Made by a program: the position numbers and the translations under genes. Under the pieces are notes generated by a model. It was not told where the DNA came from. It did not search any database and was given only the letters and a program-made list of their open reading frames with translations. A stretch of 64,000 nt of DNA, from positions 704,001 through 768,000 of the forward strand of contig CAXXOA010000001.1 of NCBI GenBank assembly GCA_963666275.2. The letters are read 5' to 3'. Shown here one piece after another: positions 36,766 to 46,976 of this stretch (positions are counted from its first letter, which is position 1; each line of letters begins with the position of its first letter). This DNA comes from Oceanispirochaeta sp. GTDB lineage: Bacteria; Spirochaetota; Spirochaetia; DSM-2461.

Positions 36766-37507
36766 TCCCGGCTTTCCCTGGCTGGAAGTTCATGATTTTT
36801 TTCCTTTTCCTCCTCCGGAAACATGGGAAGATGATATTGTCGGAGTGGGAGGTAATCTCTCTCCGGGAATGCTTATCTCCGCCTATGCCCAGGGGATCTT
36901 TCCCTGGTTTAACGAGGGGGAGGATATCCTCTGGTGGAGTCTGGATCCCCGGTTTATCCTTTATCCAGAAAATCTGAAGGTCTCCAAAAGTATGAGGAAA
37001 CTCATAAAAGCCGGTCATTTCTCTGTGGTCGTTGACAGGGACTTTGCCGGGATAATGGACGGCTGCGCCTCTATCGTCCGCAAAGGAGAGGAGGGAACCT
37101 GGATCAGCGGTGATATGAAAGAGGCCTACTGCCGCCTCCATGATCTGGGATTTGCCCATTCCGTCGAGGTGTACAGGGAACAGGAGCTGGTGGGGGGCCT
37201 CTACGGCATATCCCTGGGGAGCTGCTTTATAGGAGAATCCATGTTTGCCCGGGAGTCCAATGCCTCCAAAACGGCTCTGATTGCCCTGACCTGGTATCTG
37301 CAGGAAAAAGGGTTTGCCTTTGTAGACTGTCAGCAGCATACGCCGCACCTTGAAACCATGGGAGCGGTGGATGTTTCCCGGGATACCTTTCTGCAGGAGC
37401 TCAAAGCCAGTCTGCGGACACCCACCTACAGAGGAAACTGGGGAGACCTGTTTAAGGATTTTCCCCATTCAGCCAAATGGAAGGCTCTGAGAGGGGCGTC
37501 TCATTGA
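36758..37507 (+). CDS. aat: Leucyl/phenylalanyl-tRNA-protein transferase
   Basis: AYAQGIFPW, WWSLDPR, AHSVEV, LVGGLYG, GESMF, NASK. Confidence 0.95.
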   Translation: MSDPGFPWLEVHDFFPFPPPETWEDDIVGVGGNLSPGMLISAYAQGIFPWFNEGEDILWWSLDPRFILYPENLKVSKSMRKLIKAGHFSVVVDRDFAGIMDGCASIVRKGEEGTWISGDMKEAYCRLHDLGFAHSVEVYREQELVGGLYGISLGSCFIGESMFARESNASKTALIALTWYLQEKGFAFVDCQQHTPHLETMGAVDVSRDTFLQELKASLRTPTYRGNWGDLFKDFPHSAKWKALRGASH

Positions 37508-38571
37508 AAAAGGGATTTTTGAAGATCCTGTTCCTTCTCCTGTTTTTTCCCCTGTCCGCCCAGATCTCTGAGGGCCCTGCGGATGATCCTCTGGAGAGGC
37601 AGTATCATCTGGATCTGCTCAAGTCCCAGGCGCTGGATGCCATGAGCCGGGGAGATATCGAACAGGCCATAAGGATCCTTGATACAGCCATCGCTATGGC
37701 ACCGGCTAACAGCCAGCTGCTGGATATGAGGAGTTCTCTTATGGAACTGCAGCTCATAAGCCGTGAAAAACTTCCCCCTGAAGATGAAAGCGATACGGAT
37801 AAACCGGAGTTTTATAATCCCGAGGAACCTTCGCCCTCTGTTCCGGAGGAAGAGGAGAATCTGGACGCTCCGGATTTTGAAGAGGAACACTTTGCGGGAA
37901 AGCAGTTTGAAACACCGGCGCTCTACAGGGATTACCTTTCTCTCTCCGCCGGCACGGCTCTCGGCTACTCTCTGCCTGTTTTCCTGGATAATCAGGAGTT
38001 TTATCAGCATCAGAGCAGTGATGAACGCTCTCCTTTCTATAGTGTCTTCGGCGACTTTCAGTACTATTTCCAGGGGGTGGACCGGGCTCTGGGGGTCAAC
38101 ATCCGGTATTACGGGAACCTTGTGAATCCGGACCGGGCGGATCTTCTGGACCACCAGGTGGACCTGGCTCTGCAGATGCGCGGATTTTTCCGGGAATCCG
38201 TGGAAGCCCGGTCGGTCATCGGTGTCAGATTCGGCGTGTCCCTGCTTTTTATGGATGAGTATGTCCGCGAAGATCCCCGTCCGGCCCTGGCCAATGCCCT
38301 GACTTTCGGCGTTTTCTATCATGATGCGCTTTTCCGCCATATCTTCAGCAATTCGGTATTTTTTCAGAAACTTGTCTTCGATGCGGGAGTGAACTACTAC
38401 TATCTGACCCTTACGGAGAACAGCTCCATGATCAGGTACAACGGGGGGATCTCCTATGAGTTTTTCCCCGATGTCCGTATAGGGGTGGTGAGCCGGTTTG
38501 CCAGTACCGACCAGGATATTCAGAGTCTCACTTCCTGGGATACGGGCCTGCAGATCACATACAATCTGTGA
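37504..38571 (+). CDS. Exported protein with a TPR-like N-terminus and a possible beta-barrel C-terminus
   Basis: TTG start overlaps the aat stop; signal peptide; alternating beta-strand pattern ending in GLQITYNL. Confidence 0.6.
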   Translation: MKKGFLKILFLLLFFPLSAQISEGPADDPLERQYHLDLLKSQALDAMSRGDIEQAIRILDTAIAMAPANSQLLDMRSSLMELQLISREKLPPEDESDTDKPEFYNPEEPSPSVPEEEENLDAPDFEEEHFAGKQFETPALYRDYLSLSAGTALGYSLPVFLDNQEFYQHQSSDERSPFYSVFGDFQYYFQGVDRALGVNIRYYGNLVNPDRADLLDHQVDLALQMRGFFRESVEARSVIGVRFGVSLLFMDEYVREDPRPALANALTFGVFYHDALFRHIFSNSVFFQKLVFDAGVNYYYLTLTENSSMIRYNGGISYEFFPDVRIGVVSRFASTDQDIQSLTSWDTGLQITYNL

Positions 38572-38592
38572 GATCTTTCCTACAGGACTTTC

Positions 38593-40161
38593 TCAGGCGA
38601 TATCCATAAACACTTTTATTCTCCCCGGCTGCGCCCAGTTACAGGTTCCCTGCATTCTCTGTTTCTGAAGAAGGGAGTTTATCAGGGGGTTCTGCAGCTC
38701 TTCCAGTATTTTCAGGGCATCCTCCTTTTTCTGAAAGGAGCAGTAGGCCTGAAGCGCCTGATTGGGGATCCATGGTTTCTCTCTGTATCGGGAAAACATC
38801 CGGGGGAGGAAGTCTTTTTTGCCGTAGGATTCCCATACGATCTTCCAGGGGGCAAAGGTATAGGGCCCGATACCCAGTAGACCCCAGTAGGTCCCGTTTT
38901 TCATCCGGGACTGCATGAGGATTCCCTTCCGGCTTTCCAGGAGCTCTCTGTTTCTCTCTACATAAGCGAAAGCCAGAGGGTAGGCGGCCAGTTCCTCTCT
39001 GCTGAGAATTCTCCCCTCATCTGAGTAGGGCAGGAAGATAAATTTATCCGGAACCGGGGTCTCTTTGAACTGATTTCTGCCTATCAGAGGATAGATGAGC
39101 TCTTCCGGCAGATCGACTGTCCCCTCCCTGTTGCCGACCCGGACGATTCCCGGTTTCAGAGGAAGGCAACTGCTGAAAATGTAGAAACTGTTCCGTCCTC
39201 CCGTATTGATGCCCTGCCGGGGCTGGGAGGATTTCTCTATCTGTATCCGGGGGATTTCCCGGGGGATTTCGCTGCGGTCGGTTTCTACAATATAGGCGCT
39301 GCCGGGAGAGGATATCGGCCGGGCCCACTGCTTTTCCCATCGGGAATTTTCCAGCGTGTAGTAGGGGATCGGTGCTTCGGGTTTCCGGTCCGTCTCGATG
39401 GAGAGGAAACCGCACCTTGTGGAGACATCCTGAAAAATTTCCTGTCCGTTGAAATCCCGGATCTCCCGGATGCGGAAATCTCTCTTTCCCAGGGAACCTT
39501 TTCTGAACCGGTTGTGGGCTCCTTCGTTGAGAATGACCGAAAGGGGGGTGAAGAAGTAGGCCTTCCCCCGGGGATGCAGATTCTCCGACAGGGTTTTCAT
39601 CATTACCAGGGCGGCCAGATCTATGCGGGAGTTTCCCAGGAGCAGCTCCCCCGGGGCGCCCGCCAGTCCATAATGAAGAAAAAGGGGTTTCGCCTTCTCT
39701 TTCTGGGATTCTTCCATGTCGGTAAAGTTCAGCCAGGGGGGATTTCCGAAAAGGATATCGGCCTTACAGGATGCCTGATCATCCAGGATGTCTCCCTGTC
39801 TGATCGTATACTCCGGCAGCCGCAGCCTGTAGCGGCTGCGGATCCTTTCAGTAAAGTCCCGGAAAAACGCGGGTTCCAGTTCAATGCCCCCCAGGGATGA
39901 AAGCATTTTTTCCGTTATGGGGATTTCCTCGTTTAAAGTGGTCCGGATAAGGGATTCCAGAAGGGCTCCGTTCCCGGCTGTCGGGTCGAGAATGACCGCC
40001 CCGTCTGCCCAGTCCCTGTGGATCTGATAGGTACGCACCATGAAATCCGCCTGGTCGGCAGGAGTAAAGAAGGCACCCAGGTTTTTTCGCCTTACTCTTG
40101 TTAGACCCTGTTCTTCCCGGCTGAGGTCTCCTGATGTTTTCTGAAGCTTTTCTGCTCCCAT
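38593..40161 (-). CDS. Orphan amino (N6-adenine type) DNA methyltransferase
   Basis: GAFFTP, ILDPTAGNGALL (SAM binding), ILFGNPPW (catalytic); start at ATG 40161 after an AGGA-type SD. Confidence 0.8.
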   Translation of the reverse strand: MGAEKLQKTSGDLSREEQGLTRVRRKNLGAFFTPADQADFMVRTYQIHRDWADGAVILDPTAGNGALLESLIRTTLNEEIPITEKMLSSLGGIELEPAFFRDFTERIRSRYRLRLPEYTIRQGDILDDQASCKADILFGNPPWLNFTDMEESQKEKAKPLFLHYGLAGAPGELLLGNSRIDLAALVMMKTLSENLHPRGKAYFFTPLSVILNEGAHNRFRKGSLGKRDFRIREIRDFNGQEIFQDVSTRCGFLSIETDRKPEAPIPYYTLENSRWEKQWARPISSPGSAYIVETDRSEIPREIPRIQIEKSSQPRQGINTGGRNSFYIFSSCLPLKPGIVRVGNREGTVDLPEELIYPLIGRNQFKETPVPDKFIFLPYSDEGRILSREELAAYPLAFAYVERNRELLESRKGILMQSRMKNGTYWGLLGIGPYTFAPWKIVWESYGKKDFLPRMFSRYREKPWIPNQALQAYCSFQKKEDALKILEELQNPLINSLLQKQRMQGTCNWAQPGRIKVFMDIA

Positions 40162-40264
40162 ACCTGTCCTTTCCCCGGAGGGCTCCAAAGGGGTGGAGTT
40201 GATTATAGGACAGGTTGGGAGGGAAAACAAGCAAGGTTTCAGATCTTGGGGCTCCCTATGGGGG

Positions 40265-41299
40265 TCAGGGAGGGGTTATCTCTCCGTTGATGTCCCAGAG
40301 GTCCTCCCAGGTCTGATTCTCTTTCCAGAGAAAAACCTGCCCTTTGATCAGACGGCAGTCCTTGTCAATTTTTGAAAGTTCTTCCATTTCGGCGTCACTG
40401 AGGGGATCTTCCACAATGGTTTTCAGATTACTCAGGATGTTCCGTCTTTTCGTGGAAAAGGGGATAGGCACCTGTCCGTGCTGAACCCCCCATTTCAGGC
40501 AGACTGAAACAGGATGGATATTATGGGCTTCCGCGATCTTTCTGACAACGGGATCTTCTATATCCACTGTATCCGTAGACGTTCTGTCCCTTTCGGGGCG
40601 GTTGGGGGATCCTATGGGAGAGAATCCAATGGGCTGAATACCCTGTTCCACTACATAGGCAAAGAGTTCGGGCTGCTGAAAATGGGGATGCAGTTCCATT
40701 TCATTGGCCGCCGGCTTTATCCGGCATTCCTGCAGGACTCCCTTAAGCTTGGGAATCGTCATATTGGACGTTCCAATCTGTTTTACAAGACCCCGATCCA
40801 CCAGTTCTTCCATCTGTTTCCATGTTTTCGTGAAATTTTCGAGAATGAAAGGTTTGGCATCGGGGCTCCGGGAATCCACACTGCATCCGGGGGGATGGTA
40901 GTTGGGGAAGGGCCAGTGGACCAGGTAGAGATCCAGATAGTCCAGCTGCAGATCCTTCAGGGTCTGTTCGCAGGATTCGATGACCCTGTCATGCATATCA
41001 TTCCATACTTTTGAAGTCACCCAGAGTTCTTCCCGGGGAATTCCTCCTTTCAGTATGGTCTGGAAAGCCTGACCGATCTCTTTTTCATTGCCGTAAACCG
41101 AGGCACAGTCAAAATGCCTGTATCCCAGTTCTGCTGCTTCGATGACTGCATTGGCGATTTCCACAGCCGAAACGCTGTCTGAACCGAAGGTTCCCAGCCC
41201 CACTGCCGGTATCCGGGCGCCTGTATACAGTTTTTTCCGGGGAACCCGGCCGGGATCTATGCCATCTTCCGCCGGGGAAAAGGTTGTTTTTATATCCAT
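40265..41299 (-). CDS. Aldo/keto reductase
   Basis: GLGTFG, FDCASVYGNE, VTSKVWN, LDLYLVHWP, IGTSN. Confidence 0.93.
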   Translation of the reverse strand: MDIKTTFSPAEDGIDPGRVPRKKLYTGARIPAVGLGTFGSDSVSAVEIANAVIEAAELGYRHFDCASVYGNEKEIGQAFQTILKGGIPREELWVTSKVWNDMHDRVIESCEQTLKDLQLDYLDLYLVHWPFPNYHPPGCSVDSRSPDAKPFILENFTKTWKQMEELVDRGLVKQIGTSNMTIPKLKGVLQECRIKPAANEMELHPHFQQPELFAYVVEQGIQPIGFSPIGSPNRPERDRTSTDTVDIEDPVVRKIAEAHNIHPVSVCLKWGVQHGQVPIPFSTKRRNILSNLKTIVEDPLSDAEMEELSKIDKDCRLIKGQVFLWKENQTWEDLWDINGEITPP

Positions 41300-41522
41300 G
41301 GTTTTATCCTCTCCTTTGGAGTTTTAGTGTGTTAGAACACTTAGGTTTTCATCCATTTATACTATGGTTTTGTCACTTTGGCAATGGAATTTCGAGGTAT
41401 TTCCCGCCGAATCCGGATTTTGCTGTAAAATAGAAGGGAGATTTCCTCCCCCTTATTGTAAAGGACAGGGGCATCTGATAATAATTAAAAAATAGGGATC
41501 CGTTAACTATTCGAGGTTTTAA

Positions 41523-43238
41523 ATGAACTGGGACTATTCCATTGTAGATGCTGTACAGCTGATGATACCTGCAGCCTGCTCTCTCCTGCTTCTGGCAGTG
41601 ATTATCGCCTATATTTTTCTATATGCCCGCTTCCGGGAAAAGCTCTATCAGGCCGGTTTGATCATTAGCGTCTGTGCGGCGCTGTATGTCCTTTTTGAGT
41701 TCCTTGTCATTGTTACGGGCTGGACAGGGAATGTTCAGACCGGAAGGATCTTCCACCGACTGGGACAGCTGACAGGGGCTTTTTTCCTCTACGGCGTCAT
41801 GAACTTCACTTCCTGTGTGGTTCCCGAAGGGAGCCGGCTTGAGAGACTGAGCCGGGGTATGGCCCGTTTCGGCCTGGCCGCAGCGGTGGTTATTTCTGTA
41901 CTCGCGTTTGTCCTGCCCGATTCATTTATCTCCGTGACAAACGGGATTGTAAGACCGGCAATTTCCCCCGGAGATCTGGGGCGGGGAAGAGTCGGGATTC
42001 TCTACTCCCTGAGGGATGCCATGCTGGGTGTCTATCTGAGCTGCATGATTATTTTTTCAACGATTTCTCTGTTAAAGAATCACAGGGATCCCAAATATTT
42101 CATTATTGTGACCGGGACCATACTTGCGGCGGTTTCAGCAATCGATGATATCCTTTTCTACCAGTTCGGCCATAATCTCTTTCTCAATGCCTTCCGTTAT
42201 TCCCGCCTGTCCGTGGGACTCTCACTGATGATCCTTTTTATCATGACGGCTATTGTGAATGAGTTTTTCAGAACCCATGAAGAGCTGAATAAAACCCACA
42301 GGAAACTCTCGGATACCTACGGGGAGCTTCAGGATACCTACAGGAAGCTGAAAACCTCTGAAAGGAAGTACAGACACCTGTCAGAGGGGGCGGACCAGGC
42401 GATTTTCTCTCTCTCTCCGGGAATGCGCTTCATGTCTATGAATCAGAAAGCCCGGTCCTATTTCGCCCTTTCAAGAGAGAGTGAAAACAAACATTTCATC
42501 GATGTAATAAACCACTCCCACGGCGGAGACTCCCGGGTTTCCCGGCAGATTATGAACGAAAATCTGAGGCAGCTCAGCAATGATAAAGAGTCTGTTACTT
42601 TTCATACCATTGTGGATGATCCCCGGACGGGAGAGCCCGAAGAGTATGAGTTTCACTTCGATTATCTGGAAACAGATGAGCAGGAAGTGGAATATATCGG
42701 ACGGGCCACAAAGATGAAGACCTCCAGGCTGATGCGGAGCATCGAATATGAAAAGCTGAAACTCACAATTGAAAACTATATCATTGCCATCGATGATGTC
42801 GCCACCAGGCTGACTCAGACTCTGAATAAGTATATTGATCAGGGAACGGTCCTGATGGTGAAGATGGGACTTCAGGAGATCATTATCAATGCGATTGAAC
42901 ACGGAAATCTGAACATTACTTTTGATGAGAAAACCAGGGCCATGTCAGAGGGAAGGTATCTGGATTTCATCAGGGAGCGTCAGCAGGATCCCCGCTACAG
43001 GGACAGAAGGGTCTGTATCGACTATGTTCTGACAGAAGAGAGTGTTCAGTATATGGTGACCGACCAGGGATGCGGGTTTGACTTTGAATCCACCATGAAC
43101 AAGGTGGACAAAACAGTTGAAAAGGACATGCTTACCCATGGACGGGGAATCAATATGACAAGGGTTCTTTTTGATCAGGTGAAATACAATAAAAAGGGCA
43201 ATCAGGTTCTTCTTGTGAAGAATCTCAAAACTGCTTGA
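41523..43238 (+). CDS. Multi-TM sensor with coiled coil, PAS-like domain and RsbW-type HATPase domain
   Basis: About 7 TM segments; heptad repeats; LQEIIINAIEHGNL, VTDQGCGFD, HGRGI, YNKKGNQV. Confidence 0.8.
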   Translation: MNWDYSIVDAVQLMIPAACSLLLLAVIIAYIFLYARFREKLYQAGLIISVCAALYVLFEFLVIVTGWTGNVQTGRIFHRLGQLTGAFFLYGVMNFTSCVVPEGSRLERLSRGMARFGLAAAVVISVLAFVLPDSFISVTNGIVRPAISPGDLGRGRVGILYSLRDAMLGVYLSCMIIFSTISLLKNHRDPKYFIIVTGTILAAVSAIDDILFYQFGHNLFLNAFRYSRLSVGLSLMILFIMTAIVNEFFRTHEELNKTHRKLSDTYGELQDTYRKLKTSERKYRHLSEGADQAIFSLSPGMRFMSMNQKARSYFALSRESENKHFIDVINHSHGGDSRVSRQIMNENLRQLSNDKESVTFHTIVDDPRTGEPEEYEFHFDYLETDEQEVEYIGRATKMKTSRLMRSIEYEKLKLTIENYIIAIDDVATRLTQTLNKYIDQGTVLMVKMGLQEIIINAIEHGNLNITFDEKTRAMSEGRYLDFIRERQQDPRYRDRRVCIDYVLTEESVQYMVTDQGCGFDFESTMNKVDKTVEKDMLTHGRGINMTRVLFDQVKYNKKGNQVLLVKNLKTA

Positions 43239-43302
43239 GTTTTCTGTCCCTTGAAAAAGATAGACCTCTCCCGGGACAGGTCCCGTTTCTGGTGCTACCG
43301 GG

Positions 43303-43536
43303 TCAGGCCAGCAGATCCACTTTCACTCCCATGTAATAGGGAATATCCGCTCTGTCCGATTCCCTGTATGCCTTCTTTTCTCTCTCTTTCTCCAGCCGGT
43401 TTTTCTCCTGCTCTCTTTCCTTTTCCAGCCGGCGTCCTTCATACAGCTCTTTCCGGTAGCGTTCCGCTTCCAGTTCTTCCAGGGGCCTGTTCTGTTGAAT
43501 TTCCTGAACTGGAAGCACAGTGCTTACAGCCATCAT
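43303..43536 (-). CDS. Small charged hypothetical protein
   Basis: GAGG SD; Glu/Arg/Lys-rich coiled coil; ends in MGVKVDLLA. Confidence 0.55.
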   Translation of the reverse strand: MMAVSTVLPVQEIQQNRPLEELEAERYRKELYEGRRLEKEREQEKNRLEKEREKKAYRESDRADIPYYMGVKVDLLA

Positions 43537-43654
43537 AACAGACCTCTATACTGGGAATTTTAATGCTTCCGATGGGAAATTGCAAAGGGGAAGGACCCGG
43601 TCCGGATCCCAGGACGGGGGAGCCTGTATCACAGCCCCGGTATGGAAATGGTTC

Positions 43655-44830
43655 TCAGCGGATTTTAAAACCGAAATTTTCCGGTATCATCCTGCGGCGG
43701 AAATCCTCATTGAAATAGCGGTCGGTCATATTGGCAATATAGTCTACGGCAATCCTTTCCGGAGGGGTCTGCTGTCTGTATTCAAGGCTCATCTTTTCTG
43801 TGGTCCACCGGTAGATATAGCTTGAGCTGTTTCTGGAATTCAGTTCATTCAGATAGGTCCGGAAAAGATAGCGGAACATATTTTCAATCTTCTCATCTTC
43901 AGATTTTTTATCCGGGTTCTGATAGATCATCCTGTAGTTGAACTCCATCTGGGATTTCAGGGCTTTGAAGATGCGGGAAGAGAAACTGAGAAAAGGCTTT
44001 GCGAAGCTCTGTTCTATCAGGTCGTATGCCAGAGTCTGAATGATATGGTCGTTCCGGTCACCCAGGACGGACTTTGTCTCTCCGGGAAGATCCTCCCGTC
44101 TTATCATGCCGATTGTGATGGCGTCTTCGATGTCTCGGCCTATATAGGCTATGATATCGGATATCCTGACGACACAGCCCTCCAGAGTCATGGGACGGAT
44201 TTTCCGGGAAGCCTTCTCGATTGTAAAGCAGCTGTTATACTCTTCCAGCAGCTGTTCCCGGGTTTTGTTTCTGTCCGGAGCGTATTCCTGCTCCAGAAGT
44301 TCTCCGTTGTGGCTGAGTATTCCGTCGAGTACCTGGATCGTCAGATTCAGCCCTCTGCCGTGGTTTTCCAGAGCGATCAGGGTTCTCATGCTCTGGGCGT
44401 TGTGGACAAAAAGACCGCAGCCCGCCTCCCGGCAGATACTGTTCAGATATTTTTCTCCGTCATGCCCATAGGGAACATGGCCCAGATCGTGACCCAGGGC
44501 GATGGCTTCTATAAGATCTTCGTTCAGCTGAAGCGACCTTCCAATCATCCTGGCAATTTTTGAAACCAGCTGGACATGGAGAACCCTGTGGGTGATGTGG
44601 TCGTTCTGAAACAGGGAAAAAACCTGAGTCTTATCGATGTAACGGGTATAGGAGTGGGAGTGGATGATCCGGTCCGTATCCCGGGAGAAGGAGGAACGGA
44701 TATCCGGAAGGGCCTTTTTTTCCGGATTCAGGCGGATTCCCCTGCTGCTGGGACAGGCCTGGGGGGAGAGGGTCATCTCCTCCCTCCTTTTATTGTGAGC
44801 TACTATGTCGGATATCAGTTTCGCCTTCAT
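43655..44830 (-). CDS. dGTP triphosphohydrolase-like HD protein
   Basis: RDTDRIIHS, KTQVF, THRVLH, HDLGHVPYGHDGE, TLEGCVVRISDIIAY. Start at ATG 44830, an ATGA overlap with the upstream gene. Confidence 0.88.
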   Translation of the reverse strand: MKAKLISDIVAHNKRREEMTLSPQACPSSRGIRLNPEKKALPDIRSSFSRDTDRIIHSHSYTRYIDKTQVFSLFQNDHITHRVLHVQLVSKIARMIGRSLQLNEDLIEAIALGHDLGHVPYGHDGEKYLNSICREAGCGLFVHNAQSMRTLIALENHGRGLNLTIQVLDGILSHNGELLEQEYAPDRNKTREQLLEEYNSCFTIEKASRKIRPMTLEGCVVRISDIIAYIGRDIEDAITIGMIRREDLPGETKSVLGDRNDHIIQTLAYDLIEQSFAKPFLSFSSRIFKALKSQMEFNYRMIYQNPDKKSEDEKIENMFRYLFRTYLNELNSRNSSSYIYRWTTEKMSLEYRQQTPPERIAVDYIANMTDRYFNEDFRRRMIPENFGFKIR

Positions 44831-45543
44831 CGGCCGCCTCTCGCCTTGTTGATTTCTTCCCGGTAGAGTGTAAGGAATTCTTCCTTCCGCTTCAATCGGT
44901 ACTGCATGATCCACCGGGGGTGGGGAAGGGGGCGTATCTCTTTGAAAAAATGATGCTCCCTGTTGAGCTCCTGCAGGATCCTGTAGTTTTTTCCCTGCCC
45001 CAGACAGAAGGCTGTATTCCGGTCGGCTCCCAGTGCCAGCTGCTGCCGGAAGGTTTCCAGGATCCAGGGTTTCAGGGTATTCCACAGGCCGGGCGTATCG
45101 TAATAGTTGCGGTTCTTTCCCTTCCATGTGAACCCCAGAGGGGAAAAGGCAGTCAGGAAAACATGGCTGTAGAACAGATCCGCCCCACCGTAGCTTTCTA
45201 TCATCTCATAAATAAAACGCGAGGAGAGCTCATGAGTCTTGGGAAAGGGATTGGCAATGCCGCAGCTTTCCTCCAGATAGACCGGATCTGTAAAGGCCAG
45301 GCCTGTGACTCCTCCGCCGAATCGTCCCGGATTGATTCCTATCAGGAAAATCCGGGGATTGTTATCCCTGAAATATTTGTCAAAAAAACTGTGGATCATC
45401 TTCTGTACGGTTTCATCTGCGTAGGGATAGATGACTTCCGTTTCGTCAGGCAGATTCTTCAGAGGGGGAAGATCCCGGAGGAAGCGATAGTACCGTTCCG
45501 AGAAAAAGTCCTCCCGGCTTTCATTGGAAATTTCATTGACCAT
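44827..45543 (-). CDS. SMUG2/DUF4918-like uracil-DNA glycosylase family protein
   Basis: GINPGRFGGGVTGLAFTDP, ELSSRFIY, NRNYYD, LPHPRWIMQY; SD GGAGG before ATG 45543. Confidence 0.85.
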   Translation of the reverse strand: MVNEISNESREDFFSERYYRFLRDLPPLKNLPDETEVIYPYADETVQKMIHSFFDKYFRDNNPRIFLIGINPGRFGGGVTGLAFTDPVYLEESCGIANPFPKTHELSSRFIYEMIESYGGADLFYSHVFLTAFSPLGFTWKGKNRNYYDTPGLWNTLKPWILETFRQQLALGADRNTAFCLGQGKNYRILQELNREHHFFKEIRPLPHPRWIMQYRLKRKEEFLTLYREEINKARGGR

Positions 45544-45640
45544 GTAACAACCTCCCGGGGAAGTCCCCCTTTTGAATTTACTCCCAAAAAAAAGGAGAAT
45601 GATAGACATTCTCCTTATGATTCAGAAACAGCGGATGAAC

Positions 45641-46762
45641 TCAGCTGTTCAGATATTCAAGGGTTATCTGAAGCATCCGGCGCACCGGTTCTGCGGCTCC
45701 CCACAGAAGCTGGTCGCCCACAGTAAAGGCCGTCAGATATTCAGGGCCCATATTCAGTTTTCTGACACGGCCCACAGGGACATTCATTGTTCCCGAAACA
45801 GCGGCGGGGGCAAGTTCCTTCAGTGTGATCTCTTTGCTGTTGGGGACGAACTTCGCCCAGTCTGTACTGGAGGCGATGATATCCTCCACTTCGCTGAGGG
45901 CGACATCTTTTGTCAGCTTGATCGTCAAAGCCTGGCTGTGGCAGCGCATGGCGCCGATTCTCACACAAAGTCCGTCTATGGGAACCATCGGATCGTTCAT
46001 CAGAATCTTGTTGGTTTCTGCAAATCCTTTCCACTCTTCCTTGGTCATGCCGTTATCCATGGGTTTATCAATCCAGGGAATCAGGGACCCTGCCAGGGGA
46101 GCACCGAACTGCTGTGTCGGATAGCTGTCCGACCGGAGGGTTTCGGTTATTTTTCGGTCAAGGTCCAGTATGGCACTGGAAGGATCCATCAATCCCTTTC
46201 CGGCCTGTCCGAGAACTCCCATCTGGGAAATAAGTTCCCGCATATTCTGAGCTCCCGCACCGGAAGCAGCCTGATAGGTCATGGAGGTCATCCATTCCAC
46301 CAGATTTTCTCTGAACAGTCCTCCCAGACCCATAAGCATCAGGCTGACAGTGCAGTTTCCGCCGGCAAAGGTTTTGATCCCTTTCGCCAGGCCCTGATCA
46401 ATCACGTTTCTGTTGACCGGATCAAGAACAATAAGACTGTCATCTGCCATTCTCAGTGTGGAAGCGGCATCGATCCAGTAGCCTTTCCATCCGGATTTTT
46501 TCAGTTCAGGATAGACTTTTTCTGTATAAGAACCGCCCTGGCATGTGAGGATTATATCCTGTCCCATCAGGGTTTCCAGGTTATAGGCATCTGCCAGAGG
46601 AGGCAGCTCTCTTCCGACTTCCGGAGCTTTCTGTCCGGCCTGGGATGTGGAGAAAAACAGAGGCTCCATATCTTTTGATTTCAGGTCACCTTCGGCAATC
46701 ATCCTCTCCATAAGGACCGAACCAACCATACCTCTCCATCCGATAATCCCGACTTTTTTCAC
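45641..46762 (-). CDS. asd: Aspartate-semialdehyde dehydrogenase (proteobacterial-type clade)
   Basis: [60 protein letters not shown]. Confidence 0.95.
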   Translation of the reverse strand: MKKVGIIGWRGMVGSVLMERMIAEGDLKSKDMEPLFFSTSQAGQKAPEVGRELPPLADAYNLETLMGQDIILTCQGGSYTEKVYPELKKSGWKGYWIDAASTLRMADDSLIVLDPVNRNVIDQGLAKGIKTFAGGNCTVSLMLMGLGGLFRENLVEWMTSMTYQAASGAGAQNMRELISQMGVLGQAGKGLMDPSSAILDLDRKITETLRSDSYPTQQFGAPLAGSLIPWIDKPMDNGMTKEEWKGFAETNKILMNDPMVPIDGLCVRIGAMRCHSQALTIKLTKDVALSEVEDIIASSTDWAKFVPNSKEITLKELAPAAVSGTMNVPVGRVRKLNMGPEYLTAFTVGDQLLWGAAEPVRRMLQITLEYLNS

Positions 46763-46976
46763 GGTTCTCTCCTAGTTCTTTCCATGGCTTGAAGCCATTT
46801 TATGTTTTAAAAAATATAGCGGAATATAAGGGCTCTGTAAATGCAGTGAAACATTCACTAGTGTAAAAATAGTCCTCTCTTCATTATGAAAACACAGGGA
46901 ATACAGATAAAATTCTTTGACGAACAGAGGAAATTAAGGCATTATTAGGAAGGTATCACATGTAAAAACAGGAGAA

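Noticed and set aside
44831..45127. N-terminal extension of the dGTPase ORF shown in the ORF track
   Set aside because: It overlaps the glycosylase gene in another frame; ATG 44830 with an ATGA overlap is the more plausible start.
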